Source: an uncultured delta proteobacterium
Lineage (GTDB): Bacteria; Desulfobacterota; RBG-13-43-22
Assembly (NCBI GenBank): GCA_963711835.1
Contig: CAVQFQ010000021.1
Span: 32,001-96,000 of the forward strand
Direction of reading: 5' to 3'
DNA: 64,000 nt
The position numbers and the translations under genes are program-made. The first letter of the stretch is position 1. Each line of letters starts with the position of its first letter. This document shows positions 37,807 through 47,068 of the stretch, piece after piece. The notes under the pieces were generated by a model, which made no database searches, was not told the origin of the DNA, and worked only from the letters and a program-made list of their open reading frames with translations.

Positions 37807-39571
37807 TTAAAAAAGACCCTTGGTCTTCCCGGTTTTAACATCCACGTCGATCCGGCGAAAGGCGGGATCGGAGGAAGTCCCCGGCATCAGGGTGATGGTG
37901 CCGGCCACGGGGCAGAGGAACTTGGCTCCGGAATAGATCAGCACATCCCGGACCGGCAGGGTCCAACCCTTGGGAACGCCCTTCCTGGTCGGGTCATGGG
38001 TGAGGCTCAGGTGGGTCTTGACCATCATGGTGGCATAATCGGCATATTTGGGATTGCCTTCCAGCATTTTGGCCTTGGCTTCTGCTTCAGCAGTCCAGGA
38101 AACACCGTCGGCCCCATAGACTTCCTTGGCCACCTTGGCCACCCGGTCGCGGAGCTTCATTTCCAGGGGATAGAGGAACTTGAACTTAGACTTGTCGTTG
38201 CAGGCATCGATAACCGCATCGGCCAGTTCCAAGGCCCCGTCGCCGCCGTCGGCCCAATGGGTGGACAGGGCGCAGCGGGCGCCGGCTTTTTCGGCGTACT
38301 TCCGCACCATGGCGATTTCATCCTTGGTGTCGGTATGGAAGGCATTGATGCAGACCACCGGGTTCATGCCGGATTTTCGGATGACCTCGATGCAGTGCAC
38401 CATATTGGCTACCCCCTTCTCGACCAGGCCCACGTTTTCCTTGGTATATTCTTCAGGCAGGGCCAGGCCGGCTACGACCTTGGGGCCCCCGCCGTGCATC
38501 TTCAAGGCCCGGATGGTGGTGGTCAGGACCGAGACGTGCGGCTTTAGTCCGCTGTAGCGGCACTTGACATTCCAGAATTTCTCAAACCCGATATCAGCCG
38601 CAAAACCGCTCTCGGTTACGTGATAATCAAACAGCTTCAAACCGACCCGGTCGGCGATAATCGAGGATTGGCCCACGGCGATATTGGCGAAAGGACCGGC
38701 GTGAACCAGGCAGGGCTGGTATTCAGCCGTGCACATCAGGGTCGGGTTAATGGATTGGACCATGAAGGCGGTCATGGCCCCGCCGACCTGAAGGTCGCCG
38801 GTGGTAACCGGGTTGCCTTTCTTGTCGAAGGCGACCGTGATTTCGTCCAGGCGTTTACGCATATCAGCCAGGTCGTTGACAATGGAGAGGATGGCCATGA
38901 CCTCGGAGGAGACGGCGATCCCGAACTTGGACTGCATCATGTAGCCGTCCATCCGGCCGCCGATACCGATGATAATGTTTCGCATGGCCTGGGCGCAGAA
39001 GTCGATGATCCAGCCCATTTCCACCCGGGTAGGATCGATATCCAGCCGCCGCATCCGGGTCAGGCGTTTCAATTGTTCGTCGTTGTAGTTGCGCTCGTGC
39101 TGCATCCGGGCCGTCATGGCCACCATGGCCAGGTTGTGGGCGTTCATAATGTTGTTGATATCGCCGGTGAGGCCCATGGAGAACTCCGTCATCGGTATCA
39201 GCAGGGCGTTCCCGCCGCCGGCCGCCGTTCCTTTGATGTTCATGGTCGGTCCGCCAGAAGGCTGGCGCAAGGCGCCGCCGACATTGACGCCTCGCTTGCC
39301 CAAACCTTCCATAAGTCCGCAGGAGGTGGTGCTTTTCCCTTCTCCCAGGGGGGTGGGGGTAATGGCTGTGACTTCGATATATTTCCCATCCGGCTTGTCT
39401 CTTCAGGCGATCCATGATTTTCATGAAATCCATACGGGCCAGACGGCCGTAAGGGATCAGTTCATCCCGGGTCATTCCCAGCTTTTCCCGCCATTCCTCG
39501 GGACGGGGCATCTTTTTCTCAGCAGCTTCGGAGATCTGCCAGTCCTTCATCTTTACCGCATTGTAGGCCAT
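37807..39571 (-). CDS. fhs: Formate--tetrahydrofolate ligase (one +1 frameshift at ~39400)
   Basis: N-terminus in ORF 38864..39571; removing one base in aagagac restores [25 protein letters not shown] into ORF 37807..39312 ([31 protein letters not shown]). Confidence 0.92.
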
Positions 39572-39820
39572 AGAACCCTACCTCCTTATATTTATAATAT
39601 CGCGCTATTTTATCCCTAATAAACTCGCATTATCTATCACAATGGCCCCTGACCGTCAACCTTTAAATTAGGATATTCGGGAAATGTAATCATGGGAAAA
39701 ATTGGGATTCGGACCAAACCTTTTTTTATTAAACCATTTGATTTTCTTAAACCTTCTTCCCGGGGTCCGCTTACCCATTGCTTTTCCGAACCGGGGCCCT
39801 GGCCTGGGTCCAAGAAAATT

Positions 39821-39849
39821 TTGACAGGATGGATCTTATATGCTAAAAA
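39821..39849 (+). promoter_or_regulatory. Sigma70-like promoter of nfnAB
   Basis: TTGACA-17 nt-TAAAAA with extended TG. Confidence 0.5.
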
Positions 39850-39919
39850 TTTCACGCAACCTCTCTTAGCCTTAGTCGGTCGGGAAACATTAATCTTCAA
39901 AAAATCAAGGAGCGAAACC

Positions 39920-40765
39920 GTGTTCGAAATCTTAGCCAAAGAAGAGCTGGCCCAGGGCACTGTGGTCGGCAATGTCATTAAAGCCCCCCTGATTGCCAAA
40001 AAAGCCAGACCCGGGCAGTTTGTCATCATCAGAGTCAATGAAACCGGGGAACGAATTCCCTTAACCATGGCCGACACGGATCCGGAGGCCGGGACCATTA
40101 CCTTAATTTATCAGGTCGTCGGAAAATCCACGGCCCTGATGAAGAGCCTTAAGGTCGGGGATGGCTACCAGGACATTTGCGGTCCTTTGGGACAACCGAC
40201 CCATCTCGAAAAACTGGGAACCGTCATCTGTGTCGGCGGAGGTACGGGCGTAGCGGTCCTGCACCCCATCACCAAAGGGATGAAGGCCGCCGGAAACCAG
40301 GTCATCGCCATTATCGGAGCCCGGACCAAGGACCTGCTTATCCTTGAGGACAAAATGGGCCAGGCCTCCCATGAGCTGCGGGTTTGCACCGATGACGGCT
40401 CCTATGGCCATCATGGCTTTGTGACCGACGTCCTGAAAGAATACCTGGACAAAAAAGACCCGGTGGCCCTGATTGTGGCCATCGGACCCGTTCCCATGAT
40501 GAAATTTACCTGTAAGCTGACTGCCGCGTATGGGGTTAAGACCCTGGTCAGTTTGAACCCTATCATGGTCGATGGAACCGGGATGTGCGGTTGCTGCCGG
40601 GTTTCGGTCGATGGGGCCACCCGTTTCGCCTGTGTCGACGGACCTGAATTTGACGGTCATAAGGTTAATTTCGATGAATTGATTCAAAGGCAGCGGGCCT
40701 ATCTGGAACAGGAAAAACTCTCCCTGGAAAAATTTCAAGCCCGTCAGTGCCAGTGTCAAGCCTAA
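39920..40765 (+). CDS. nfnA: NfnA (NADH-dependent reduced ferredoxin:NADP+ oxidoreductase, small subunit)
   Basis: GTG after aaggag; PGQFVIIR..GERIPLT, GGGTG, TDDGSYG, DGTGMCGCCRV..CVDGPEF. Confidence 0.92.
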   Translation: MFEILAKEELAQGTVVGNVIKAPLIAKKARPGQFVIIRVNETGERIPLTMADTDPEAGTITLIYQVVGKSTALMKSLKVGDGYQDICGPLGQPTHLEKLGTVICVGGGTGVAVLHPITKGMKAAGNQVIAIIGARTKDLLILEDKMGQASHELRVCTDDGSYGHHGFVTDVLKEYLDKKDPVALIVAIGPVPMMKFTCKLTAAYGVKTLVSLNPIMVDGTGMCGCCRVSVDGATRFACVDGPEFDGHKVNFDELIQRQRAYLEQEKLSLEKFQARQCQCQA

Positions 40766-40845
40766 GAAAAGCTGGGGTCCGGGGGCCAAGTCCCGCCTTG
40801 ACGGGATTGAATCCTTGAACCCTCCTAAATAGTATGGAGGAAAAG

Positions 40846-42261
40846 ATGACTGAGGAAACCAAGAAAAAAGAGAAGATCCCGAGACAAAAAATGCCCGAAC
40901 AGGAACCGAAGGTCCGGGCCCGAAATTTTGAAGAGGTTCCTTTAGGCTATTCGGCCGAAACGGCCCAATTGGAGGCCGGCCGCTGTTTGCAGTGCAAAAA
41001 ACCGACCTGCATCGAGGGCTGTCCGGTTCAGATCGACATTCCGGCCTTTATTAAAAATATCAAGGAAGGGGATTTCTCCGGGGCGATTATGAAGCTCTGG
41101 GAAAAGACCAGCCTACCGGCCGTCTGCGGCCGGGTCTGTCCCCAGGAAAGCCAGTGCGAAGCCCTCTGCATTTTAGGCAAAAAGGATGAACCGGTGGCCG
41201 TCGGGCGTCTGGAACGGTTCGCCGCCGACTGGCAGCGTCTCAAGGGTGAATTTCAACTTCCGGTTAAGGCCGCCCCGACCGGGAAGAAGGTGGCCGTAAT
41301 CGGGTCCGGTCCCTCCGGACTCACCGTAGCCGGGGACCTGATCCTGAAAGGACATGAGGTAACCATCTTTGAAGCCTTCCATAAAACCGGCGGGGTCTTG
41401 ATCTACGGTATCCCTGAATTCCGCATGCCCAAGGCCATCGTTCAGGCCGAAGTGGATACCCTCGAAAAAATGGGGGCCAAGATCGTCTGTAATGCCGTCA
41501 TCGGCCGAACCCAGACCATCGATGAGCTGATGACCGAGGAAGGTTTTGAAGCCGTCTACATCGGGGTTGGGGCCGGACTTCCGATCTTTATGAATATCCC
41601 CGGTGAAAACCTGATCGGTATTTATTCGGCTAATGAATACCTGACGCGCTCCAACCTGATGAAAGCCTATCGTTTCCCGGAATATGACACCCCGATCGTC
41701 CTGGGAAGGAACGTGGTCGTCCTGGGGGCCGGCAACGTGGCCATGGACTCGGCCCGGACCGCTCTGCGTTTAGGGGCCGAAAACGTAAAAATCGTCTATC
41801 GCCGCTCCCGGGATGAAATGCCGGCCCGGGGTGAAGAGATCCATCATGCCGAACAAGAAGGGGTGGAGATGCATTTGTTGACCAATCCCACCCGCTTCAT
41901 CGGCGACGAGCAGGGCCGGGTAGTGGCCATGGAATGTATCAAAATGGAATTGGGCGAACCCGATGCCTCGGGCCGCCGGCGCCCCATCCCTATTCCGGGT
42001 TCTGAATTTACCATGGAAACCGATCTGGCGGTCATTTCCATCGGAGCCGGGGCCAATCCCCTGATCACCGCAACCACCCCGGGCCTCCAGGTCAACAAGC
42101 GGGGCTATATCCTGGCTGATGAGAAGACGGGTAAAACCTTCAAGAAAGGGGTTTGGGCCGGAGGAGATATCGTTACCGGTTCGGCCACCGTTATCCTGGC
42201 CATGGGGGCCGGTCGCCTGGCCGCCAACTCCATCCACGAATATTTGACCATAGGCTGGTAA
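40846..42261 (+). CDS. nfnB: NfnB (GltD-like large subunit)
   Basis: RARNFEEV, RCLQCK..CIEGCPV, CGRVCPQESQCE, GSGPSG, GAGNVAMD, GGDIVTGSATVILAMG; adjacent to nfnA. Confidence 0.9.
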   Translation: MTEETKKKEKIPRQKMPEQEPKVRARNFEEVPLGYSAETAQLEAGRCLQCKKPTCIEGCPVQIDIPAFIKNIKEGDFSGAIMKLWEKTSLPAVCGRVCPQESQCEALCILGKKDEPVAVGRLERFAADWQRLKGEFQLPVKAAPTGKKVAVIGSGPSGLTVAGDLILKGHEVTIFEAFHKTGGVLIYGIPEFRMPKAIVQAEVDTLEKMGAKIVCNAVIGRTQTIDELMTEEGFEAVYIGVGAGLPIFMNIPGENLIGIYSANEYLTRSNLMKAYRFPEYDTPIVLGRNVVVLGAGNVAMDSARTALRLGAENVKIVYRRSRDEMPARGEEIHHAEQEGVEMHLLTNPTRFIGDEQGRVVAMECIKMELGEPDASGRRRPIPIPGSEFTMETDLAVISIGAGANPLITATTPGLQVNKRGYILADEKTGKTFKKGVWAGGDIVTGSATVILAMGAGRLAANSIHEYLTIGW

Positions 42262-42373
42262 ATCCCGAAGATACTGGATACTTGATACTGGATATTGGAT
42301 AAAAACTAGTAATCAAGAGCACAGTCCAGCATTAGCATCCAGAAACCAGTATCCAGAAACTAGTATCCAGAAA

Positions 42374-43147
42374 ATGATCGACGTCCAGAGTCAAAAAGAC
42401 TATCGCCGAATCGAGATCGACAAGGTCGGGGTAAAGAACATCCGCTACCCCATCACGGTCCGGGATAAGGAAAACGGCACCCAACAGACCGTGGCCAGCA
42501 TCAACATGTTTGTCAATCTGCCCCATGACCACAAGGGCACCCACATGAGCCGCTTCGTCGAGGTGTTGAGCGAATACCGCCGCCGGATCAGCCTCCAGAA
42601 TTTCAGCGACATCCTCGAGGAGCTCAAACAGCGCCTTAATGCCGAATCGGCCCACATGGAGATTACCTTTCCTTATTTCATCACCAAAAAGGCCCCCGTC
42701 AGCCAGACCGAAGGCCTGATGGAGTATGTCTGCACCTTTAAAGGTTCGGTCAACCACACCAAGGGCCGGGATCTGGTGATCGATTTGAAGATCCCCATTG
42801 CCACCGTCTGCCCCTGCTCCAAAGAGATCAGCCGCTACGGGGCCCACAACCAGCGCGGGGAAGTCCGGGTCAGCCTCCGTTTTAAAAAATTTGTCTGGAT
42901 CGAGGACATCATCCATCTGGTGGAAGAATCCAGTTCCTGCGAGGTCTTCTCGGTTTTAAAACGCAATGATGAAAAATTCGTTACCGAGAAGGGCTATGAG
43001 AATCCCATGTTTGTGGAGGACGTGGTCCGTGAAATCGCCCGGAAATTGGACGCCGATCCCAATATCACCTGGTTTTCGGTCGACTCCGAAAATTTTGAAT
43101 CCATTCACAACCACAGCGCCTACGCCTATATAGAAAGACAAAAATAA
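42374..43147 (+). CDS. folE2: GTP cyclohydrolase IB FolE2
   Basis: DVQS, KGTHMSRF, TVCPCSKEIS..GAHNQR, NPMFVED, ESIHNH. Confidence 0.95.
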   Translation: MIDVQSQKDYRRIEIDKVGVKNIRYPITVRDKENGTQQTVASINMFVNLPHDHKGTHMSRFVEVLSEYRRRISLQNFSDILEELKQRLNAESAHMEITFPYFITKKAPVSQTEGLMEYVCTFKGSVNHTKGRDLVIDLKIPIATVCPCSKEISRYGAHNQRGEVRVSLRFKKFVWIEDIIHLVEESSSCEVFSVLKRNDEKFVTEKGYENPMFVEDVVREIARKLDADPNITWFSVDSENFESIHNHSAYAYIERQK

Positions 43148-43232
43148 GTGTGCTCATAGCTCACAGCTTATAGGTTTTAGTTTAAAGCTTTTGCTATCAG
43201 CTATGAGCCATCAGCTATCGGCTGGAGTCATC

Positions 43233-44516
43233 ATGGATGATCTGAAAAAAATGTACCGGACCGTCATGGCCGATCACTTCCCGGCCACCCTTTCCATTAC
43301 TCTGAACGATCAGACCCTGATCTTTCGCAAACGCACCTGGAAGCTGCCCCAGGCCGACGGCGTCCTGGAAGAAAAAGGGCTGCGCTACGGCGAGAATCCG
43401 GGGCAGGAGGCCGCCCTGTATGAACTGGTCAATGGGAACCTGGTCCTGGGAGATTGCCGGTTCATCCGGCCCGGCCTGGGAATGGTCTCAGCCATCACCG
43501 AGGCCGAAATGATTCAGGAAGGCAAGCACCCCGGGAAGACCAATCTCACCGATGTGGATAACGCCCTAAATATCCTTAAATTTCTATTGGAAAAACCGGC
43601 GGCGGTCATCGTCAAACACAACAATCCCTGCGGGGTTGCTTATGGCCGGACCCTGGCCGAGGCCTATTTCCGGGCCAACCGGGCCGATCGGATCGCCGCC
43701 TTCGGCGGGGCCGCGGTTTTCAACCGGCCCCTGGATAAGGCCACTGCGGAACTGATTGCCCGAAATTACCTGGAAGTGGTGGCGGCCCCTGACTACGAGG
43801 AAGGTGCGCTTTCCAACCTGACCGGCCGGGGTAACCTCCGGATCCTGAAGGTGCCCGGCATGGACCGCCTGAAAGCCCTGCGCACCATGCGCTTCTTGGA
43901 TTTCAAGAGTCTGCAGGACGGCGGCTTGATCGTTCAACAGTCCCCGATCAATGCCGTTCAGAAAAAAGAGGATTTTAAAATAGCTTCCTGCAGCTTTAAG
44001 GGAAAAGACTACCGGATCGAGCGGCCCCCCACCGAAAAAGAACTGGAAGATATGGTCTTCGGTTGGTCGGTGGAACAGGGCGTGACCTCCAATTCCGTGC
44101 TTTATGTAAAAGATGAATGCACCGTCGGCATCGGCACCGGCGAACAGGATCGGGTGGGCGTGGCCGAGATAGCGGTCTTCAAGGCCCAGACCAAGTATGC
44201 CGATTGGGTCTGTTTTGATGCCTACGGAATTCCCTATAAGGAGCTCGAACTGGCCATTAAAGAGGGTCGAAGGGATCTCCGGGAGAAAGAAGCCGTTGAT
44301 CAAAAAACCAAAGCCGATAGGGCCGGCCTGCCGGGATCGGCCATGATCTCGGATGCCTTTTTTCCCTTCCGGGACGGGCTGGATGTCGGGTTGCAGCAAG
44401 GCATCACCGCTGTGGTCCAGCCCGGCGGATCCCTGCGGGATTACGAAGTCATCGAAGCCTGCAACGAAGCCAAGGCGACCATGGTCTTTACCGGCCAGCG
44501 GGCCTTCAAGCATTAA
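43233..44516 (+). CDS. purH: PurH-like AICAR transformylase (no N-terminal IMP cyclohydrolase domain)
   Basis: LRYGENPGQ, VKHNNPCG, AFGG, SNSV, GEQDRV, SDAFFPFRDG, QPGGSLRD, FTGQRAFKH. Confidence 0.85.
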   Translation: MDDLKKMYRTVMADHFPATLSITLNDQTLIFRKRTWKLPQADGVLEEKGLRYGENPGQEAALYELVNGNLVLGDCRFIRPGLGMVSAITEAEMIQEGKHPGKTNLTDVDNALNILKFLLEKPAAVIVKHNNPCGVAYGRTLAEAYFRANRADRIAAFGGAAVFNRPLDKATAELIARNYLEVVAAPDYEEGALSNLTGRGNLRILKVPGMDRLKALRTMRFLDFKSLQDGGLIVQQSPINAVQKKEDFKIASCSFKGKDYRIERPPTEKELEDMVFGWSVEQGVTSNSVLYVKDECTVGIGTGEQDRVGVAEIAVFKAQTKYADWVCFDAYGIPYKELELAIKEGRRDLREKEAVDQKTKADRAGLPGSAMISDAFFPFRDGLDVGLQQGITAVVQPGGSLRDYEVIEACNEAKATMVFTGQRAFKH

Positions 44517-44539
44517 TCACTTAGGTGGCCCCGGAGCGG

Positions 44540-45205
44540 CTATTTCCCCGCCCGGCAGCTTATTGAGATGCCCTCTCCGCTGCCCCGCTCGACGGTCGTC
44601 CGGAATTCCGGGTCCCGCTTCACAACCTCAAGAAACTTGCGGATGTGGGGATCGTTGCTCCACAAGACGTTATGGGCGCTGAAGCAGCCCTTGGGTGTCA
44701 GCTTGCCTTTCAGATCGAGGAAATATTGCCAATACCAATCCTTGTCCGCGTCACAAAAAACAAGGTCGAAGGGACCTTTGAGAGAGAGGACGAGTTGGTG
44801 GGCGTCGCCGAGACGGGCGTCGATATAGGGCGACACCCCGGCCTTCCTGAAGTTGGCCAGGGCCGTTTCATACCGCTCTTTATTTATCTCAATCGTCGTG
44901 ACCCTGCCCCCTGTTTTAGAGGCCGCCCAGGCCAGCCAGATCGTCGAATGTCCCGTTGAGGTGCCGATCTCAAGGATGTTTTTGAAATGGCCCCGGAGTA
45001 CCAGGGAGTAAAGAATTTTCCCGTCCTCGTAGGGAACGTTCCAGGCCGACCAGGAATGGCGGGCCTCCTCCAGGAAGCGGGATACCCGGAGGTCAAGACC
45101 TCCCGCTTCGTTTGCCGGTTGAGCCGGAGAAGCTCCCGCCAGACAGAGATGGAAAAATACGGCCAGTATGGCCATGATAAACCCGCTGCTCCTATGCCTT
45201 ACCAT
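44540..45205 (-). CDS. Class I SAM-dependent O-methyltransferase with N-terminal signal peptide
   Basis: LEIGTSTGHSTIW, TTIEI, GDA, FDLVFCDADK, AHNV. Confidence 0.85.
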   Translation of the reverse strand: MVRHRSSGFIMAILAVFFHLCLAGASPAQPANEAGGLDLRVSRFLEEARHSWSAWNVPYEDGKILYSLVLRGHFKNILEIGTSTGHSTIWLAWAASKTGGRVTTIEINKERYETALANFRKAGVSPYIDARLGDAHQLVLSLKGPFDLVFCDADKDWYWQYFLDLKGKLTPKGCFSAHNVLWSNDPHIRKFLEVVKRDPEFRTTVERGSGEGISISCRAGK

Positions 45206-45515
45206 TTAGCTTCTCCTGCTGATTCCCGGCCTGTCTACCCCAACCCTCTGCATTATAACCTGGATCCCCTTTGTCCGGATGTGTTTTTTCACCACGGAGC
45301 CCTAAAGGATCCCTCCAACAAGAAAATCTCATTGCACCCCTCTAAGATTAGGATTAGTCTGCCGGTATGATCCCTGCCCCGCTTCTCGAAAAACCCAGGG
45401 CCCGGGTCCCGGTGACCGCCCGGGGGGCGGGTACCGGCATCGAGGGAAATCCCATCCCAATAGAAACAACCTCCCGCCTCCGCTCCTGACGGCAACGGAA
45501 AGGCTTTCAAGGGTT

Positions 45516-46259
45516 ATGAATCTGATCTTGGGTTTGGTAACAGGACTTTCCGGTGGTTTTCTGGGCGGCCTGGTGGGCGTGGGGGGTGCGGTAGTCATGA
45601 TACCGTTTATGACCCGGTTGGCAGGGATGACTCAGCATCAGGCCCACGGAACCAGCCTGGTGGCTATTGTCTTTACAGGCCTGGCCGGGGCAGCCACTTA
45701 CTCTCTCCACGGGGCGGTTGATTGGAGGGCGGCTTTGCTGCTGGCAGCAACCGCCATTTTTTCGGCCCGCTATGGCGCGCTCTACGCCCATTCACTGCCG
45801 GAGAAAAAGCTGAGAAAGGCCTTTGGTGTTTTTCTGGTTGCGGTCTCGCTGCTCCTGGTGGCCAGGAATTTTCTCCCGGGGATAAGCCATGAGCCTGTCT
45901 GGTGGGTGAAAGTCGCCGCCTTTCTTCTCACCGGGGTGGCTTGCGGCTTCTTATCGGGCATGATGGGGGTCGGCGGGGGGGGCATCATGATCCCGCTGAT
46001 GGTCCTCCTGGCCGGTATGGAACAGCACCTGGCCCAGGGCACTTCACTCCTGGTGATGGCTCCGGCCGCCCTGATCGGCGCCTTGACCCATTACCGGCTG
46101 GGGAACGTCCGGTCGGCTATCGTTTGGGGTCTGGCGCCGGGAGCCGTTGCCGGCGGCTACCTGGGGGCCGCCACCGCCAACCTGCTCCCCGGGTTAACCC
46201 TGACGATCGTTTTCTGCGCGATGGGCGCCTGGATGGGGTTCCGGTACATCAGGGCCTGA
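45516..46259 (+). CDS. TauE/SafE family sulfite exporter
   Basis: Duplicated GG(LM)GVGGG..MIP..QH.A.GTSL motifs. Confidence 0.92.
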   Translation: MNLILGLVTGLSGGFLGGLVGVGGAVVMIPFMTRLAGMTQHQAHGTSLVAIVFTGLAGAATYSLHGAVDWRAALLLAATAIFSARYGALYAHSLPEKKLRKAFGVFLVAVSLLLVARNFLPGISHEPVWWVKVAAFLLTGVACGFLSGMMGVGGGGIMIPLMVLLAGMEQHLAQGTSLLVMAPAALIGALTHYRLGNVRSAIVWGLAPGAVAGGYLGAATANLLPGLTLTIVFCAMGAWMGFRYIRA

Positions 46260-46446
46260 GACTCTCTTCAAACATCGCCTGGATCCTTTGACTCGTATCA
46301 GCCTCCGACGGGAACTTGTCTTCCCGGTAACGCACTACCCGGGCAAACCTCTAATAAGTTCACTCAGCACCTACGTACCCTTCGACTCTTTACCCTTTTT
46401 TCGTCAGATCCATGGCAGTCCTCCATCAAAGGCTGAAGAGCGTTCC

Positions 46447-47055
46447 CTATTGTTTTATAAAAGTCGCTTCCAGGACGTGGTCGCCGGTGATTTCCTTGAA
46501 GGTGTAGGTGTTTATGGCGCCCTGCGAAACCTTGTCCACCAGGACCTCGGAAAGCCGGTAGCCGGGCAGGGGGATAATCTGGAACCTCCGCTTCTCCCCA
46601 TGCACCGCTTTTACCGTACCGTAAGGATGGATAACCCCGTTAAACGGGGGGCGGACGTGGATCGTGTACGTTTTCAGGGAAAAGTTGGCGGTGACCGTCA
46701 GGTCAGCTGACAGGATGACCGAACAAGTCCGGAAGGATCCCCCACAGGCCCCACTCCAGCCCTCGAATACGGAATGGGGGGCGGGAATCGCGACCAGGGT
46801 CACCGGCGTTCCTTTTTTAAAGGAGGGCCCGGCGGGGTTCCTTCTCACCTTGCCCTGCCCTTTACCGGTCAGGAGGATCGTCAGGGTATGCTGCGCTATG
46901 GCCGGCGCTTGGTCCGCGGCGGAAGGAAGGTTTGGCCGGGTATCCGGCGCCGCTTTGGGGGTTTCCTGACCGAAAACCCGGTCACCGAAATAGAACAGGA
47001 AGACTGTCAGGCCGAGTACGGGGAGGGCCCACTTCGGCCCGTTGCGCCCTTTCAT
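46447..47055 (-). CDS. Secreted protein with InlB-B/Flg_new-like repeats
   Basis: Signal peptide; VTLVAIPAPHSVFEGWSGAC, PLPGYRLSEVLVD..YTF..ITGDHVLEATF. Confidence 0.75.
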   Translation of the reverse strand: MKGRNGPKWALPVLGLTVFLFYFGDRVFGQETPKAAPDTRPNLPSAADQAPAIAQHTLTILLTGKGQGKVRRNPAGPSFKKGTPVTLVAIPAPHSVFEGWSGACGGSFRTCSVILSADLTVTANFSLKTYTIHVRPPFNGVIHPYGTVKAVHGEKRRFQIIPLPGYRLSEVLVDKVSQGAINTYTFKEITGDHVLEATFIKQ

Positions 47056-47068
47056 AACCTTCCTCCTT

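Noticed and set aside
38864-39571. Independent 235-aa protein overlapping fhs
   Set aside because: Only the first ~56 aa are real (Fhs N-terminus); the rest is out-of-frame run-on after the frameshift.
39840-39860. Rex operator upstream of nfnA
   Set aside because: Only one half (tttcac) resembles TTGTGAA-N4-TTCACAA; too weak to call.
39692-39919. N-terminal extension of NfnA, and similar extensions at 14759, 17075, 26372, 43191 and 48244
   Set aside because: Downstream starts have proper RBSs and match family N-termini; the extensions run through promoters or repeats.
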